A stretch of 64,000 bases of DNA from Coprobacillus sp. CAG:605 (GTDB taxonomy: Bacteria > Bacillota_I > Bacilli_A > RF39 > UBA660), in contig HF998235.1 of assembly GCA_000433255.1 (NCBI GenBank), forward strand, positions 13 through 64,012. The letters run 5' to 3'. The notes under the pieces are model-generated. The model made no database searches. It saw only the letters and a list, made by a program, of their open reading frames with translations, and was not told the origin of the DNA. Of this stretch, positions 1 through 9,414 are shown piece by piece. How positions within the stretch are numbered: position 1 is the first letter of the stretch; each line of letters opens with the position of its first letter. The position numbers were made by a program, and so were the translations under genes.

Positions 1-7
1 AGGTAAT

Positions 8-982
8 TCATATATCTGCATTTGCTTCTATCAATTTTGTTTGTTCTCTTTTAGTAATTTCATTTATTACTTTCTTTTCATAATAGCAAAGATAAGAATC
101 TCCATAGAATTTTCTATTTTCTTCTTGTTCTTTTTTATAATCTTTTAATGCATTTACTAGCGTATCTCCAATAGAAATAGTTCTTCTACTTTGAGGATTT
201 TTACAATCCCCATAATACCAAACACCAACAGAATGTCCTTTTGTTATATTTTTTCTTTTTGGTAAACCATATTGATTTTTCTTAATAATGTTTTTATTTA
301 TTATTAATGTTTTCTTTTCAAAATCAACGCAATCCCAAGTTAAACCATATACTTCTGACACTCTCATTCCTGTATAATAAACAGTTAAAAAAGCATAATA
401 TATTGAATGTGTACCTTTAAATCTATCTAATATTCTTTCTATTTCTTCTTGCGTAAATATATGTGCAGGATCTTTTCCAATTTTATCTATTCTTGGTGCA
501 TGGACGTGTTCAGCAGGATTAGTGTTAATATAATTTAATGTGTAACACGCATATTTTAATGAACCTTTAACCACTTTTAAAATACTCGCCATATAGTTTT
601 TTGAAAAGCCATACTCAACATATATTTTATTGATAAATTCCTGTAAAAGACGTGTATCTAATTGCCATAATTTATAAAATTCTACTCTTGGTTTTACGTG
701 ATTTTTAATAATGTTTATATAAGATATTGTAGTAGAGTAATGCAAATTGAAACTTGCATAATTATCTATCCAATAATCTAAAAAATCTGCATACGACATA
801 TTTTCTCTTAACTGCGTCTTTTGACCATTGTAGTAAAAATCGTTATAGGCTTTTGCTCCTTCTTTAAAAGCCTCTGCTTTTGTTTGATACCCTGACTTTG
901 TTATCCATTTTCTTGTTCCATCAACTGTTGCAATTTCAAATCGGTATTCATATACCTTTCCACGTTTTCTTACGCTTACCAT
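8..982 (-). CDS. Tyrosine recombinase / phage-type integrase, apparently truncated before the catalytic C-terminus
   Basis: Likely start is ATG 982 with a GGAGAG RBS at 988-993; the ORF-track N-terminal extension is probably spurious. N-terminus MVSVRKRGKVYEYRFE resembles an arm-type DNA-binding domain, followed by a SAM-like core-binding region and box I (TGMRVSEVYGLTWDCVDF). A TGA stop at 8-10 comes before any HxxR / catalytic Tyr region, and only 7 nt remain to the window edge. Confidence 0.7.
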   Translation of the reverse strand: MVSVRKRGKVYEYRFEIATVDGTRKWITKSGYQTKAEAFKEGAKAYNDFYYNGQKTQLRENMSYADFLDYWIDNYASFNLHYSTTISYINIIKNHVKPRVEFYKLWQLDTRLLQEFINKIYVEYGFSKNYMASILKVVKGSLKYACYTLNYINTNPAEHVHAPRIDKIGKDPAHIFTQEEIERILDRFKGTHSIYYAFLTVYYTGMRVSEVYGLTWDCVDFEKKTLIINKNIIKKNQYGLPKRKNITKGHSVGVWYYGDCKNPQSRRTISIGDTLVNALKDYKKEQEENRKFYGDSYLCYYEKKVINEITKREQTKLIEANADI

Positions 983-1016
983 AGTTATCTCTCCTTCATT
1001 ATAAAACTTAATGAAA

Positions 1017-1048
1017 CGGAAAAATGCCAGCATTTCGAATGCTGACAT
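1017..1048 (-). terminator. Hairpin plus short U-run between secA and the integrase start
   Basis: Stem cagcatt/aatgctg (1028-1034 / 1038-1044) extends to 1024-1048 with one mismatch. It is followed on the minus strand by TTTTCC. The U-tract is weak. Confidence 0.4.
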
Positions 1049-1060
1049 TTTATATAACTA

Positions 1061-1176
1061 TGTCCACAATAATTGTCCACGTAGATTTTTTATTGATTTT
1101 TATGGGGTTTCCTCGATTCTGTCCACATTATTTATGCTATGTGGACAAATCGTGGACAAATTGTCATCTGTGGACA
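1061..1176. repeat. Cluster of six TGTCCAC / GTGGACA heptamer sites (three in each orientation)
   Basis: TGTCCAC at 1061, 1074 and 1120. GTGGACAAAT at 1141, 1152 and 1170. All lie in the 250-bp gap between the secA stop and the integrase start. Confidence 0.7.
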
Positions 1177-1231
1177 AATTTATCATTTTTTCTATTTTTA
1201 ACAATTCCTTGTTTTATAAGGGTTTGCGATG

Positions 1232-3721
1232 TTATTTACCACAACAGTTTTTGTACTTTTTGCCACTTCCACATGGACACAAATCATTACGTCCAACCTT
1301 AGTTACCTTTTTAGGAACATGTTTAGCTTTTTCTTTACCATCATTTTCCTTACCTTCAACTACTGGTTTTCTTGTAAGATTTTGTGTAATTTGAGCTTTC
1401 AATAAGAAAGTAGATATCTTAGCATCAATACTATCTTCCATCTTTTCAAATATTTGATATCCTTCTTGAGTATAAGCTTGTAATGGATTAGTTTGACCAT
1501 ATCCTCTTAAACCAATACCTTCTCTTAAATGTTCCATAGTAGATATATGATCTACCCAAGCCTCATCAATTACTCTTAAACTAATAGCTTTCTCAAATTC
1601 ATTAACTACTTCAATTGGAATATCTTTTAGTTTATTCTTATAATCTTCTAAAATCTTTTTATTCAAATAATCTTCAACTTGTTCATCTTTCATATCCTTG
1701 ATTTCATCAAGTTCAATCTTATTTTTATGTAATAAATTATTATTAACATCTTCTAAAATATCAATCTTATCAGCTTCAGTTAAATATCCTTCTGGATCAA
1801 TATGATTATCAATTAAAGCTGCTACATTATTCTTAAATGTTTCTTCAATATCTAAAGTAACGTCTTCTTTATCTAATAATTCATTTCTTCTCTTATAAAT
1901 AATCTCTCTTTGTTGATTCATGACATTATCATAATCTAACAAACTCTTACGCATATCAAAGTTATTTCCTTCAACTTTCTTTTGTGCAGTTTCAATAGAC
2001 CTAGTAAATGTTTTTGACCTAATAGCTTGACTACCATCAATACCTAGCGAAATTAACATATTCTTAATTTTTTCAGTACCAAATCTTCTCATTAAATCAT
2101 CTTCAAATGATACAAAGAATTGTGATACACCAGGATCTCCTTGACGACCTGAACGTCCTCTTAACTGATTATCAATACGACGAGATTCATGTCTTTCTGT
2201 ACCAATTACATAAAGACCACCTAACTCTTTAACCCCTTCACCAAGTTTAATATCCGTACCACGACCAGCCATGTTAGTAGCTATTGTAATAGCACCTTTT
2301 TCACCGGCCTTAGCAATAATCTCAGCTTCTCGTTCATGATTCTTAGCATTTAATACTTCATGAGGCAAATGAGCTTTCTTTAATAAACCACTTAAATGTT
2401 CATTAGACTCTACTGAAATAGTACCAACTAAAATAGGTTGCCCAGTAGCATGAATCTCTTTAATACAATTAATAATGGCTTGATATTTTCCTTCTTCTGT
2501 AGCATAAACTAAATCTGGTAAATCTTGTCTAATTACAGGTTTATTAGTAGGAATTTGAATTACATACATATTATATATATTGATAAATTCTTCTTCCTCA
2601 GTCTTAGCTGTACCTGTCATACCTGATAACTTATTATACATTCTAAATAAGTTTTGGAATGTAATAGTAGCCATGGTCTTAGTTTCTTCATTAATAGTTA
2701 CATTTTCTTTAGCTTCAATAGCTTGATGTAACCCATCACTAAACTGTCTACCATGCATTAAACGACCCGTAAATTGGTCAACGATAATAACTTCACCATT
2801 TTCAATTACATAATCAACATCCTTTTTAAAGCCATAATTAGCTTTCAAAGCTTGATTAATATGATGTACTAAAGCACTATTATCAATATCATAAAGATTT
2901 TTTAAATGAAAATAATTTTCAACTTTTTCACTACCTGATTCAGTTAATGAAACATTTTTAGTCTTTACATCTAAATCATAATCTTCTTCTTTTAATTTCT
3001 TAACTGCTCTATCCGCATCAATATATAAATTTTTAGCATCAAATCTACCACCAGATATAATTAATGGTGTTCTTGCTTCATCGATTAAAATTGAGTCAAC
3101 CTCATCAACAATACAAAAATTAAGTGGTCTTTGAACTCTATCTTCCGCTCTAATTACCATATTATCTCTTAAGTAATCAAAACCAATCTCATTGTTTGTT
3201 GAATACATTACATCACAATTATAAGCTTCTTGCTTTTGTTTAGGATTTAATTCTCTTAAATTCAACCCTACAGTAAGTCCTAAGAAACGATAAATATTTC
3301 CCATCCACTCTGAGTCACGTTGTGCCAAGAATTCATTTACTGTTACAATATGAACCCCCTTACCACTTAACGCATTTAAATAAGTTGGCATTGTCTCGGT
3401 CAAAGTCTTACCTTCACCAGTTTTCATTTCCGCAATATTACCATAATGGATTGCTAAACCACCAACTACCTGAACAAAATAAGGTTTTTCTCCAATAACA
3501 CGATAAGCAGCTTCTCTTACAGTAGCAAAAGCCGGTACTATAATATCATCTAAAGTTTTACCTTGTTCTAACTCTTTCTTAAATTCACCAGTTTTATTTT
3601 TTAATTCTTCATCACTAAGTTTGGAATATTCTGAATCTAAAGCAACAATTTTCTTTGCTATTTCTTCAAATCTACATAATTCTCTATATTCACTATCTAT
3701 TAGTTTTTTTAAAAATTTCAT
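1232..3721 (-). CDS. secA: Preprotein translocase ATPase SecA
   Basis: Translation has DEAD-motor motifs (MKTGEGKTL, DEVDSILIDEARTPLIIS, TNMAGRGTDI) and the C-terminal zinc motif CPCGSGKKYKNCCG. Start set at ATG 3721 (MKFLKKLID) with a GGAGG RBS 9 nt upstream. Confidence 0.97.
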   Translation of the reverse strand: MKFLKKLIDSEYRELCRFEEIAKKIVALDSEYSKLSDEELKNKTGEFKKELEQGKTLDDIIVPAFATVREAAYRVIGEKPYFVQVVGGLAIHYGNIAEMKTGEGKTLTETMPTYLNALSGKGVHIVTVNEFLAQRDSEWMGNIYRFLGLTVGLNLRELNPKQKQEAYNCDVMYSTNNEIGFDYLRDNMVIRAEDRVQRPLNFCIVDEVDSILIDEARTPLIISGGRFDAKNLYIDADRAVKKLKEEDYDLDVKTKNVSLTESGSEKVENYFHLKNLYDIDNSALVHHINQALKANYGFKKDVDYVIENGEVIIVDQFTGRLMHGRQFSDGLHQAIEAKENVTINEETKTMATITFQNLFRMYNKLSGMTGTAKTEEEEFINIYNMYVIQIPTNKPVIRQDLPDLVYATEEGKYQAIINCIKEIHATGQPILVGTISVESNEHLSGLLKKAHLPHEVLNAKNHEREAEIIAKAGEKGAITIATNMAGRGTDIKLGEGVKELGGLYVIGTERHESRRIDNQLRGRSGRQGDPGVSQFFVSFEDDLMRRFGTEKIKNMLISLGIDGSQAIRSKTFTRSIETAQKKVEGNNFDMRKSLLDYDNVMNQQREIIYKRRNELLDKEDVTLDIEETFKNNVAALIDNHIDPEGYLTEADKIDILEDVNNNLLHKNKIELDEIKDMKDEQVEDYLNKKILEDYKNKLKDIPIEVVNEFEKAISLRVIDEAWVDHISTMEHLREGIGLRGYGQTNPLQAYTQEGYQIFEKMEDSIDAKISTFLLKAQITQNLTRKPVVEGKENDGKEKAKHVPKKVTKVGRNDLCPCGSGKKYKNCCGK

Positions 3722-3828
3722 AATTTCTAACCTCCACATCATATATTCTAGCATATTTTAATACTAAAATAAAAACAAATTAAGTAAAATTCCTTAAAAA
3801 GAAACCAATTTTTATATTTTATTAACTT

Positions 3829-4551
3829 TTAATACTCAATATCCATTAAATAAAGCCCACAAGCTGGTGCCGTCATCATTTGCTTTTTTATCATATAATC
3901 ATCAAGCATCTTTGAAACATCACATATTTCTTTTTTATGCATCCCAACTTCCAACATTGCTCCAACCATATTTCTTACCATATAACGATAAAAACTTTTA
4001 CCTAAAAATTCTATTTCTAAAATGTCGTTATTCATATTAAATTTGATGTCCTCAACACACATCAAATAATTATCCCTTTCCCCAGCAACAAAATTTCTAA
4101 AATCATGACACCCCAAAAATACCTTAGCGCATTCCCTCATTTTATCAATATCTAACTTTTCATACACTTGTAAAAAATATCTACTCTTTAAGCAATCAAA
4201 ATCACCTAAATTAATTTTATAAACATACTTTTTTCGCTTCACATTAAATCTAGCATGAAAATCATTACCTACTTTTTTACAATCTAGTACTCTTATATCA
4301 TTATCTAAAATCCTATTAACCGCATACATAAGCCTATCTGCTGGTATATCATAATCTATATCAAAATGTATCATTTGACCATAAGCATGAACCCCTTTAT
4401 CCGTCCTAGAAGCTCCTTTAACTAAAACTTCACCTTTATTAATCACCCCAAGAGCTTCTTCTAAAACTTTTTGAACCGTACGATAATCATTAAGCCTTTG
4501 AAACCCATAAAAACCACTACCGTCATAACTTACTTTCATTAAATATCTCAT
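3829..4551 (-). CDS. truA: tRNA pseudouridine(38-40) synthase TruA
   Basis: MKVSYDGSGFYGFQRL and GASRTDKGVHA motifs. Its ATGA start overlaps the stop of the upstream gene. Confidence 0.9.
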   Translation of the reverse strand: MRYLMKVSYDGSGFYGFQRLNDYRTVQKVLEEALGVINKGEVLVKGASRTDKGVHAYGQMIHFDIDYDIPADRLMYAVNRILDNDIRVLDCKKVGNDFHARFNVKRKKYVYKINLGDFDCLKSRYFLQVYEKLDIDKMRECAKVFLGCHDFRNFVAGERDNYLMCVEDIKFNMNNDILEIEFLGKSFYRYMVRNMVGAMLEVGMHKKEICDVSKMLDDYMIKKQMMTAPACGLYLMDIEY

Positions 4552-5324
4552 TTAGCTTCCACATCCCTATATATTGCTTTTATTAATTCTTTCACATCTA
4601 CATAATCTAGTAATTCATGTCCATTTTTTCGAGCCATTTTCACAAATTCAATAATTTTAGGCATCTTCATATACCGATATAACTTTTCATTATAACAATC
4701 ATTACCTAAACACTCCAAAACAATCTTACCATTTCTAAAAACAACATAATTATCTACAACATCTAGATAATCTTCATTTTCATCATCAAATATTATAATA
4801 TTTTTCTTATACTTACTCTTTAATCTCTTAAAAACTTTCTTCAAAGATTCTTTATCCTTATAATTAAAACCTTTAAAATAATAATCAACAATTATCACTT
4901 TAGGATTATAAAAAAGCACACATGCTAACCACACTTTTTTTTGCTCCATTCTCGACATATTTAAAATATCTCTTGTCAAAAAGTCTTGCGATAACCCCAC
5001 CATCATTAACGCCTTAAGTCCTTTATCAACTACATCTATAATTTCTAAATCATAAATTTCATTTAAATACTTCATTTCATCCAAAGCATTTTTCATCTCA
5101 AACTCTTTTAAAACTTCATTACCTAAATATCCAATATCACTAGCGTGTCCACATTCATTAACTAACAAATACCCATTCAAAGGATTCTTTTTCTTAAACA
5201 ATAAGTCCTTAATTAAAGCCCCACTAAGTCCATTACAAAAAGTAATCGCACTATCTTTAAAAACATAATCAACATGATTTAATTTTTGATAATCTTTTAA
5301 TGATCTAACACTTAAATCTTTCAT
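4548..5324 (-). CDS. EcfA-like ABC ATPase-fold protein lacking Walker A (degenerate)
   Basis: ABC-like length and position (second of two genes before truA, as ecfA' is in Bacillus). Walker A is replaced by NGLSGALIKD, the signature by MSRMEQKK and Walker B by VIIVDYYF. Start is a TAATG overlap with the upstream gene. Confidence 0.5.
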   Translation of the reverse strand: MKDLSVRSLKDYQKLNHVDYVFKDSAITFCNGLSGALIKDLLFKKKNPLNGYLLVNECGHASDIGYLGNEVLKEFEMKNALDEMKYLNEIYDLEIIDVVDKGLKALMMVGLSQDFLTRDILNMSRMEQKKVWLACVLFYNPKVIIVDYYFKGFNYKDKESLKKVFKRLKSKYKKNIIIFDDENEDYLDVVDNYVVFRNGKIVLECLGNDCYNEKLYRYMKMPKIIEFVKMARKNGHELLDYVDVKELIKAIYRDVEAK

Positions 5325-6115
5325 TATGATTTCCATATTTCTTTAATCATCTCCTTATTATCTGTAATAATCCTATCTAAAAGCCCATAATATCCCAGTT
5401 GAATTGATAAATCAATCATAAAAGGTAAATCAAATCCCAATCTTCGTAATAATTTTTCTTCTTTTAAACATTCAATCGTCTTACCTTCCATAGCAATTTC
5501 TTTATTATAAAGCACTACTAAATAAGGAAAAAAAGTTACATAATCCATATCCGTTGTAATATTTATAATCGTTATCTTATTCTTCTTACAATAACTAATT
5601 ATTCTCTTAATCATATCCTCATTCATATCAATAAATAAATCATCAATAACTAAATAAACCGGATTTCGCACTAATTCTTTAATAATCTTAATATAATTTT
5701 TCCATTCAACATCAAAATTACATATTCTTTTTTCTAACTCATCATCTAATTTAAAATAATCAATTATCTTTTTAGTTCGAGCTTCCTCTTCTTCTAATTC
5801 CAAATTTAAGTCATTCATACTATCAAAAAGCTCATTAATAACTGTATTTTTATTAACGTATTTATCATGAAACACAACAGCGACATATCTCCTTAATAAA
5901 TATAAATTACTTCTAACTATTTCCACACCATTAATTTTTATTGAACCACGATATCTTATTCTACCAGCTAAAATACGCGCTAACGTCGTTTTCCCAGAAC
6001 CACTAGGGCCAATAATACTAACTCCAACCCCTTTAGGTATAGTTAAAGATAAGTTATGAAAAATTTCTTTATCTAAAGTTGTATAAGATATGTTGCTTAA
6101 GTTTAATTGTTCCAT
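5324..6115 (-). CDS. EcfA-like ABC ATPase with intact Walker A but degenerate signature and Walker B
   Basis: GPSGSGKTTLARILAG is a Walker A. There is no LSGGQ (NFDVEWKNY sits in its place) and Walker B reads LVIDDLF. The C-terminal LGFDLPFMIDLSIQL resembles EcfA tails. AGGTGAGG RBS lies before ATG 6115. Confidence 0.6.
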   Translation of the reverse strand: MEQLNLSNISYTTLDKEIFHNLSLTIPKGVGVSIIGPSGSGKTTLARILAGRIRYRGSIKINGVEIVRSNLYLLRRYVAVVFHDKYVNKNTVINELFDSMNDLNLELEEEEARTKKIIDYFKLDDELEKRICNFDVEWKNYIKIIKELVRNPVYLVIDDLFIDMNEDMIKRIISYCKKNKITIINITTDMDYVTFFPYLVVLYNKEIAMEGKTIECLKEEKLLRRLGFDLPFMIDLSIQLGYYGLLDRIITDNKEMIKEIWKS

Positions 6116-6166
6116 AATCCTCACCTTAAGTTAATATTATACATAAACTTGCCAAAAAAAGAAAGA

Positions 6167-6538
6167 TTAATTATCTTCCTTTATAACATTTTCCTCTGTA
6201 GAATCACTACTTGAACTACTTTTATCCTTATTTTCAACTCTTAGAATTAATTCTCCATCTTTAGTATACCCAAATTTTTCTCTCGCATATCTTGCCATAT
6301 AATCTGGATCTTGCAATTTAACAACTTCGCTTTCTAACTTTTTTTCTTCTAAAACTAAACTATCATATTTATTAGTAAGCTCGCCCTTTAGTCTTCTATT
6401 TTCAAAAATTTTTGTCCAATCATTAAACACACTATGAATAACCAAAACGATTAAAACAATTAAAATTACACTTAACCATTTCATTCTTCTTTTAGCTTTA
6501 TTAACTTTTTTCTTCTTAACTTGACCCTTATTCACCAT
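6167..6538 (-). CDS. divIC: Septum formation initiator DivIC/FtsB family
   Basis: N-terminal TM segment, a coiled coil, then DPDYMARYAREKFGYTKDGE. Follows yabP-yabQ as in B. subtilis. Confidence 0.8.
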   Translation of the reverse strand: MVNKGQVKKKKVNKAKRRMKWLSVILIVLIVLVIHSVFNDWTKIFENRRLKGELTNKYDSLVLEEKKLESEVVKLQDPDYMARYAREKFGYTKDGELILRVENKDKSSSSSDSTEENVIKEDN

Positions 6539-6605
6539 TTCATACCCTCTAGTATCAATAATTATACCACGAAACGTACCTATTTTCTAGAAGATAACTT
6601 TAATT

Positions 6606-6872
6606 TTACATTTTATTTGTAAACTTTCTTCCAACAAAAAAACCCAAAATAATAATAAACATAAAATATATGTGAAAATTACCATTATTAATAAAGAACA
6701 AAACATCAACATACATTATTACCATAATAAAAGTTGCCAAGAAATATATCAAAATCTTAGAAACCAAATAAGCTTTCTTTAAAAGTTTCCTATGAACTCT
6801 CATACAAAAATTAATAAGTATTCCATATAAGAATGAAATAAAAAAGCATATTAACTGAACTTCAATTTTCAT
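6606..6872 (-). CDS. yabQ: Spore cortex biosynthesis protein YabQ
   Basis: Small polytopic membrane protein directly after yabP with an overlapping stop/start. Call rests on synteny with B. subtilis yabP-yabQ-divIC. Confidence 0.65.
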   Translation of the reverse strand: MKIEVQLICFFISFLYGILINFCMRVHRKLLKKAYLVSKILIYFLATFIMVIMYVDVLFFINNGNFHIYFMFIIILGFFVGRKFTNKM

Positions 6873-7165
6873 TTAAACAATTTATCAAAGATAGAGCCTT
6901 CTTTTTTACTATCTTTGCCATCTAAGTACACTAAAGAATTAACTTTTCCTTTTATATTTAAATTGCCTTCTAAAGTATCAAGTCTCACAATTTCTAAGTT
7001 ACTTCCCTTTAAAACCAAAGGACCTAAATTAGTTTCCATAACAAACTCTTCCGGTGAAAAACTTACTAGCTTTTTTAATCCTGTTAAACTTACTCTCTTC
7101 CTATCATCCATTTTTATTTCGCTACTCAAAGTTAACTCCCTGACTGCATTTATTCTATTATCCAT
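6869..7165 (-). CDS. yabP: Sporulation protein YabP
   Basis: 98 aa with the pattern LTGLKKLVSFSPEEFVMETNLGPLVLKGSNLEI typical of YabP/YqfC, plus synteny. Confidence 0.75.
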   Translation of the reverse strand: MDNRINAVRELTLSSEIKMDDRKRVSLTGLKKLVSFSPEEFVMETNLGPLVLKGSNLEIVRLDTLEGNLNIKGKVNSLVYLDGKDSKKEGSIFDKLFK

Positions 7166-7201
7166 CTTATTATCACCACTAAATTATATGTTAGAACCAC
7201 G

Positions 7202-7223
7202 AAAAAAAGACGCCAAAGCGTCT
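7202..7223 (-). terminator. Rho-independent terminator after spoVG
   Basis: Minus strand reads agacgc-tttg-gcgtct followed by T7. Confidence 0.75.
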
Positions 7224-7237
7224 AAATTATAGTAAAA

Positions 7238-7495
7238 CTACTCAGCTTTCTTATATTCTTCAATAATAGCGTCTTCTAGCATTTTACGAACATCAGGATT
7301 AATAGGATGAGCTATATCTCTATATCCACCAGTAGCAGTTTTTCTACTAGGCATTGCAATGAATAACCCATTGTCTCCTTCTATAATTCTAATATCATGA
7401 ACAGCGAATGAATCATCTAATACGATTGAGGCAATTCCTCTCATACGTGATCCTTCTTTTTCAATTTTACGAACGCTAACTGATGTAACTTGCAT
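7238..7495 (-). CDS. spoVG: Septation protein SpoVG
   Basis: [52 protein letters not shown] is the canonical SpoVG sequence. Confidence 0.95.
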   Translation of the reverse strand: MQVTSVSVRKIEKEGSRMRGIASIVLDDSFAVHDIRIIEGDNGLFIAMPSRKTATGGYRDIAHPINPDVRKMLEDAIIEEYKKAE

Positions 7496-7570
7496 AGCAT
7501 TACTCTCCTTCTAAAGTCTTTCAACTTAATTATATTCTATAGCAAATATATTTAAATTTCAAGTAAATTA

Positions 7571-7783
7571 TTACATATGATAAATCTTTACATCCCCAAT
7601 TGCCACATCAGCATAAGTAAAACTCATATTATTTCCCTCAACAATAACCGTAAAAATATTAGGATAAACTTGATTTACAACGCCTTTAAACATTTGATTT
7701 CTACTTCTTGAACCACTAACTTTAATCATAATTTGCTTATTAACTAAACTTTCAATTTCTTCTTTGATATCACTAACATTCAT
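7571..7783 (-). CDS. veg: Veg (biofilm / sporulation-associated small protein)
   Basis: 70 aa with the GVVNQVYPNIFTV ... FTYADV pattern. Located between yabG and spoVG as in B. subtilis. Confidence 0.8.
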   Translation of the reverse strand: MNVSDIKEEIESLVNKQIMIKVSGSRSRNQMFKGVVNQVYPNIFTVIVEGNNMSFTYADVAIGDVKIYHM

Positions 7784-8550
7784 CTAGGATACCCCACATA
7801 CATCATTCCATTACAAATTAAACCGCCCATACCATCAACCCCATTTTTAGTTTTAGATAGTAGCTCAATCAAATTAATCTCCTTATTACGTTCCGTAAGA
7901 GCCAAATTACAAGCAATAATTGCCGGGTCCAAGGCATGAATATTGACCCTTTTAGGACTACTAGCAAAATTAGCACCTGCCTTAATCAACTCTTCATAAT
8001 TACTTTGACAAGCCCCAGCAATAATAATCAACTTTTCATGAGATTTTTCATACTTTCTAGCATTTTTAACCGCACCCACAAAATTAGTAGAATTCTTATA
8101 ATTTTTTAAATCTTTTTTATCCCCTTTTTTCTTCATATAAGCATCATGTCCTGTAATTATAACAATATCCGGCTTTACCTCTTCTAAATATCCCACAATA
8201 TCATTGGCAATATGTTCTTCATCAATCTTCTTTCCCACTGCCAAAATATGGTTTTCCCGATAATAATCCATACATCTTTTTAAATATTCACTATCCCCGT
8301 CTAACTGTAAAACTCTAGGTGGTAAATAAAAATAATCATTTCTATCCATATCAGTATCAACTTTCGGTACATTAAACTTATCTTCTATCATTTTTTTATC
8401 CACAACAGTACAATCATCAACCGGACTATCAGCATACAACCTATCATTAACACCCTTTAAATACACCATATTTCCCTTAACACTAAGTACTAAAAATAAA
8501 GTATCATTTTTATAACTATTTCTCGTTATATAATCTCCACTTTTTATCAT
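7780..8550 (-). CDS. yabG: Sporulation-specific peptidase YabG
   Basis: IVIITGHDAY ... IIAGACQS motifs, plus synteny (rsmA-yabG-veg). Start chosen at ATG 8550 after a GGTGAT RBS. Confidence 0.8.
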   Translation of the reverse strand: MIKSGDYITRNSYKNDTLFLVLSVKGNMVYLKGVNDRLYADSPVDDCTVVDKKMIEDKFNVPKVDTDMDRNDYFYLPPRVLQLDGDSEYLKRCMDYYRENHILAVGKKIDEEHIANDIVGYLEEVKPDIVIITGHDAYMKKKGDKKDLKNYKNSTNFVGAVKNARKYEKSHEKLIIIAGACQSNYEELIKAGANFASSPKRVNIHALDPAIIACNLALTERNKEINLIELLSKTKNGVDGMGGLICNGMMYVGYPR

Positions 8551-8594
8551 GAATATCACCACTTAATTGTATGTAATTAAAAATTAATTAGAAC

Positions 8595-8621
8595 AAAAAA
8601 CCTTGTTTAATTAAAACAAGG
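8595..8621 (-). terminator. Terminator overlapping the rsmA stop codon
   Basis: Minus strand reads ccttgttt-taatt-aaacaagg followed by T6. Confidence 0.6.
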
Positions 8622-9387
8622 AATTATATAAATCTATAAATTCAATCATACTAAATTCTTCCGCTCTCGAACTTAAATCATGACCATAATTTTTTAAAAC
8701 TATACTAACTTTTTCTAAATCATAACCTTTTAAATTATTGCGAATATTCTTTCTTTTATACAAAAAGCATTGTTTAACAAACTTAAAAAACTTTTCTTCA
8801 TTATTAACTTGATATTTATTATGTCTTACTAGCTTTATAACCGCACTATCAACATTAGGAACAGGATAAAAAGCATACCTTGATACATTAGTAAGAGTTG
8901 ATATATCATAAAAATAATTTAAATAAACACTCACACTACCATATTCTTGACTACCAGGTTTTGCACTAAATCTATCTGCTACTTCCTTCTGAACCATCAA
9001 AGTCATATCGACTTCATTTATATTGGAACTAATTATTTTCTCAATAATTGGTGTCGTTATATAATAAGGTATATTAGCAATTACATGAATTTTATCATAC
9101 TTAGAAAAATCATATTCCCTAAAATCCACTTGTAAAATATCTTGATACACAACTTTTAAATTAGAACAACTTATTTTATCTAAATATTCTTTAACTCTTA
9201 AGTCTATTTCAAATGCTAAAACATCACACCCCATATCAACAAGTTTTTTAGTTAAAGCTCCATGTCCAGGTCCAATTTCAATTATCAAATCATTATTTCC
9301 CACGGAAACACTTGCCACAATTTTATTAAGAACATTATTATCTTGTAAAAAATTTTGACCTAAATTCTTTTTATATTGAAAACCCAT
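8611..9387 (-). CDS. rsmA: 16S rRNA (adenine1518/1519-N6)-dimethyltransferase RsmA/KsgA
   Basis: KKNLGQNFL, EIGPGHGALT and ANIPYYITTPI motifs. Confidence 0.93.
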   Translation of the reverse strand: MGFQYKKNLGQNFLQDNNVLNKIVASVSVGNNDLIIEIGPGHGALTKKLVDMGCDVLAFEIDLRVKEYLDKISCSNLKVVYQDILQVDFREYDFSKYDKIHVIANIPYYITTPIIEKIISSNINEVDMTLMVQKEVADRFSAKPGSQEYGSVSVYLNYFYDISTLTNVSRYAFYPVPNVDSAVIKLVRHNKYQVNNEEKFFKFVKQCFLYKRKNIRNNLKGYDLEKVSIVLKNYGHDLSSRAEEFSMIEFIDLYNSLF

Positions 9388-9414
9388 AATTTTCCTCCTT
9401 AGAAAAAAAGAAGT

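Noticed and set aside
1011-1394. ORF-track ORFs 1011..1394 and 1024..1302 (+)
   Set aside because: They overlap the secA 3' end in antisense and the heptamer-repeat / terminator region. They have a low-complexity hydrophobic composition and no RBS, so they are judged spurious.
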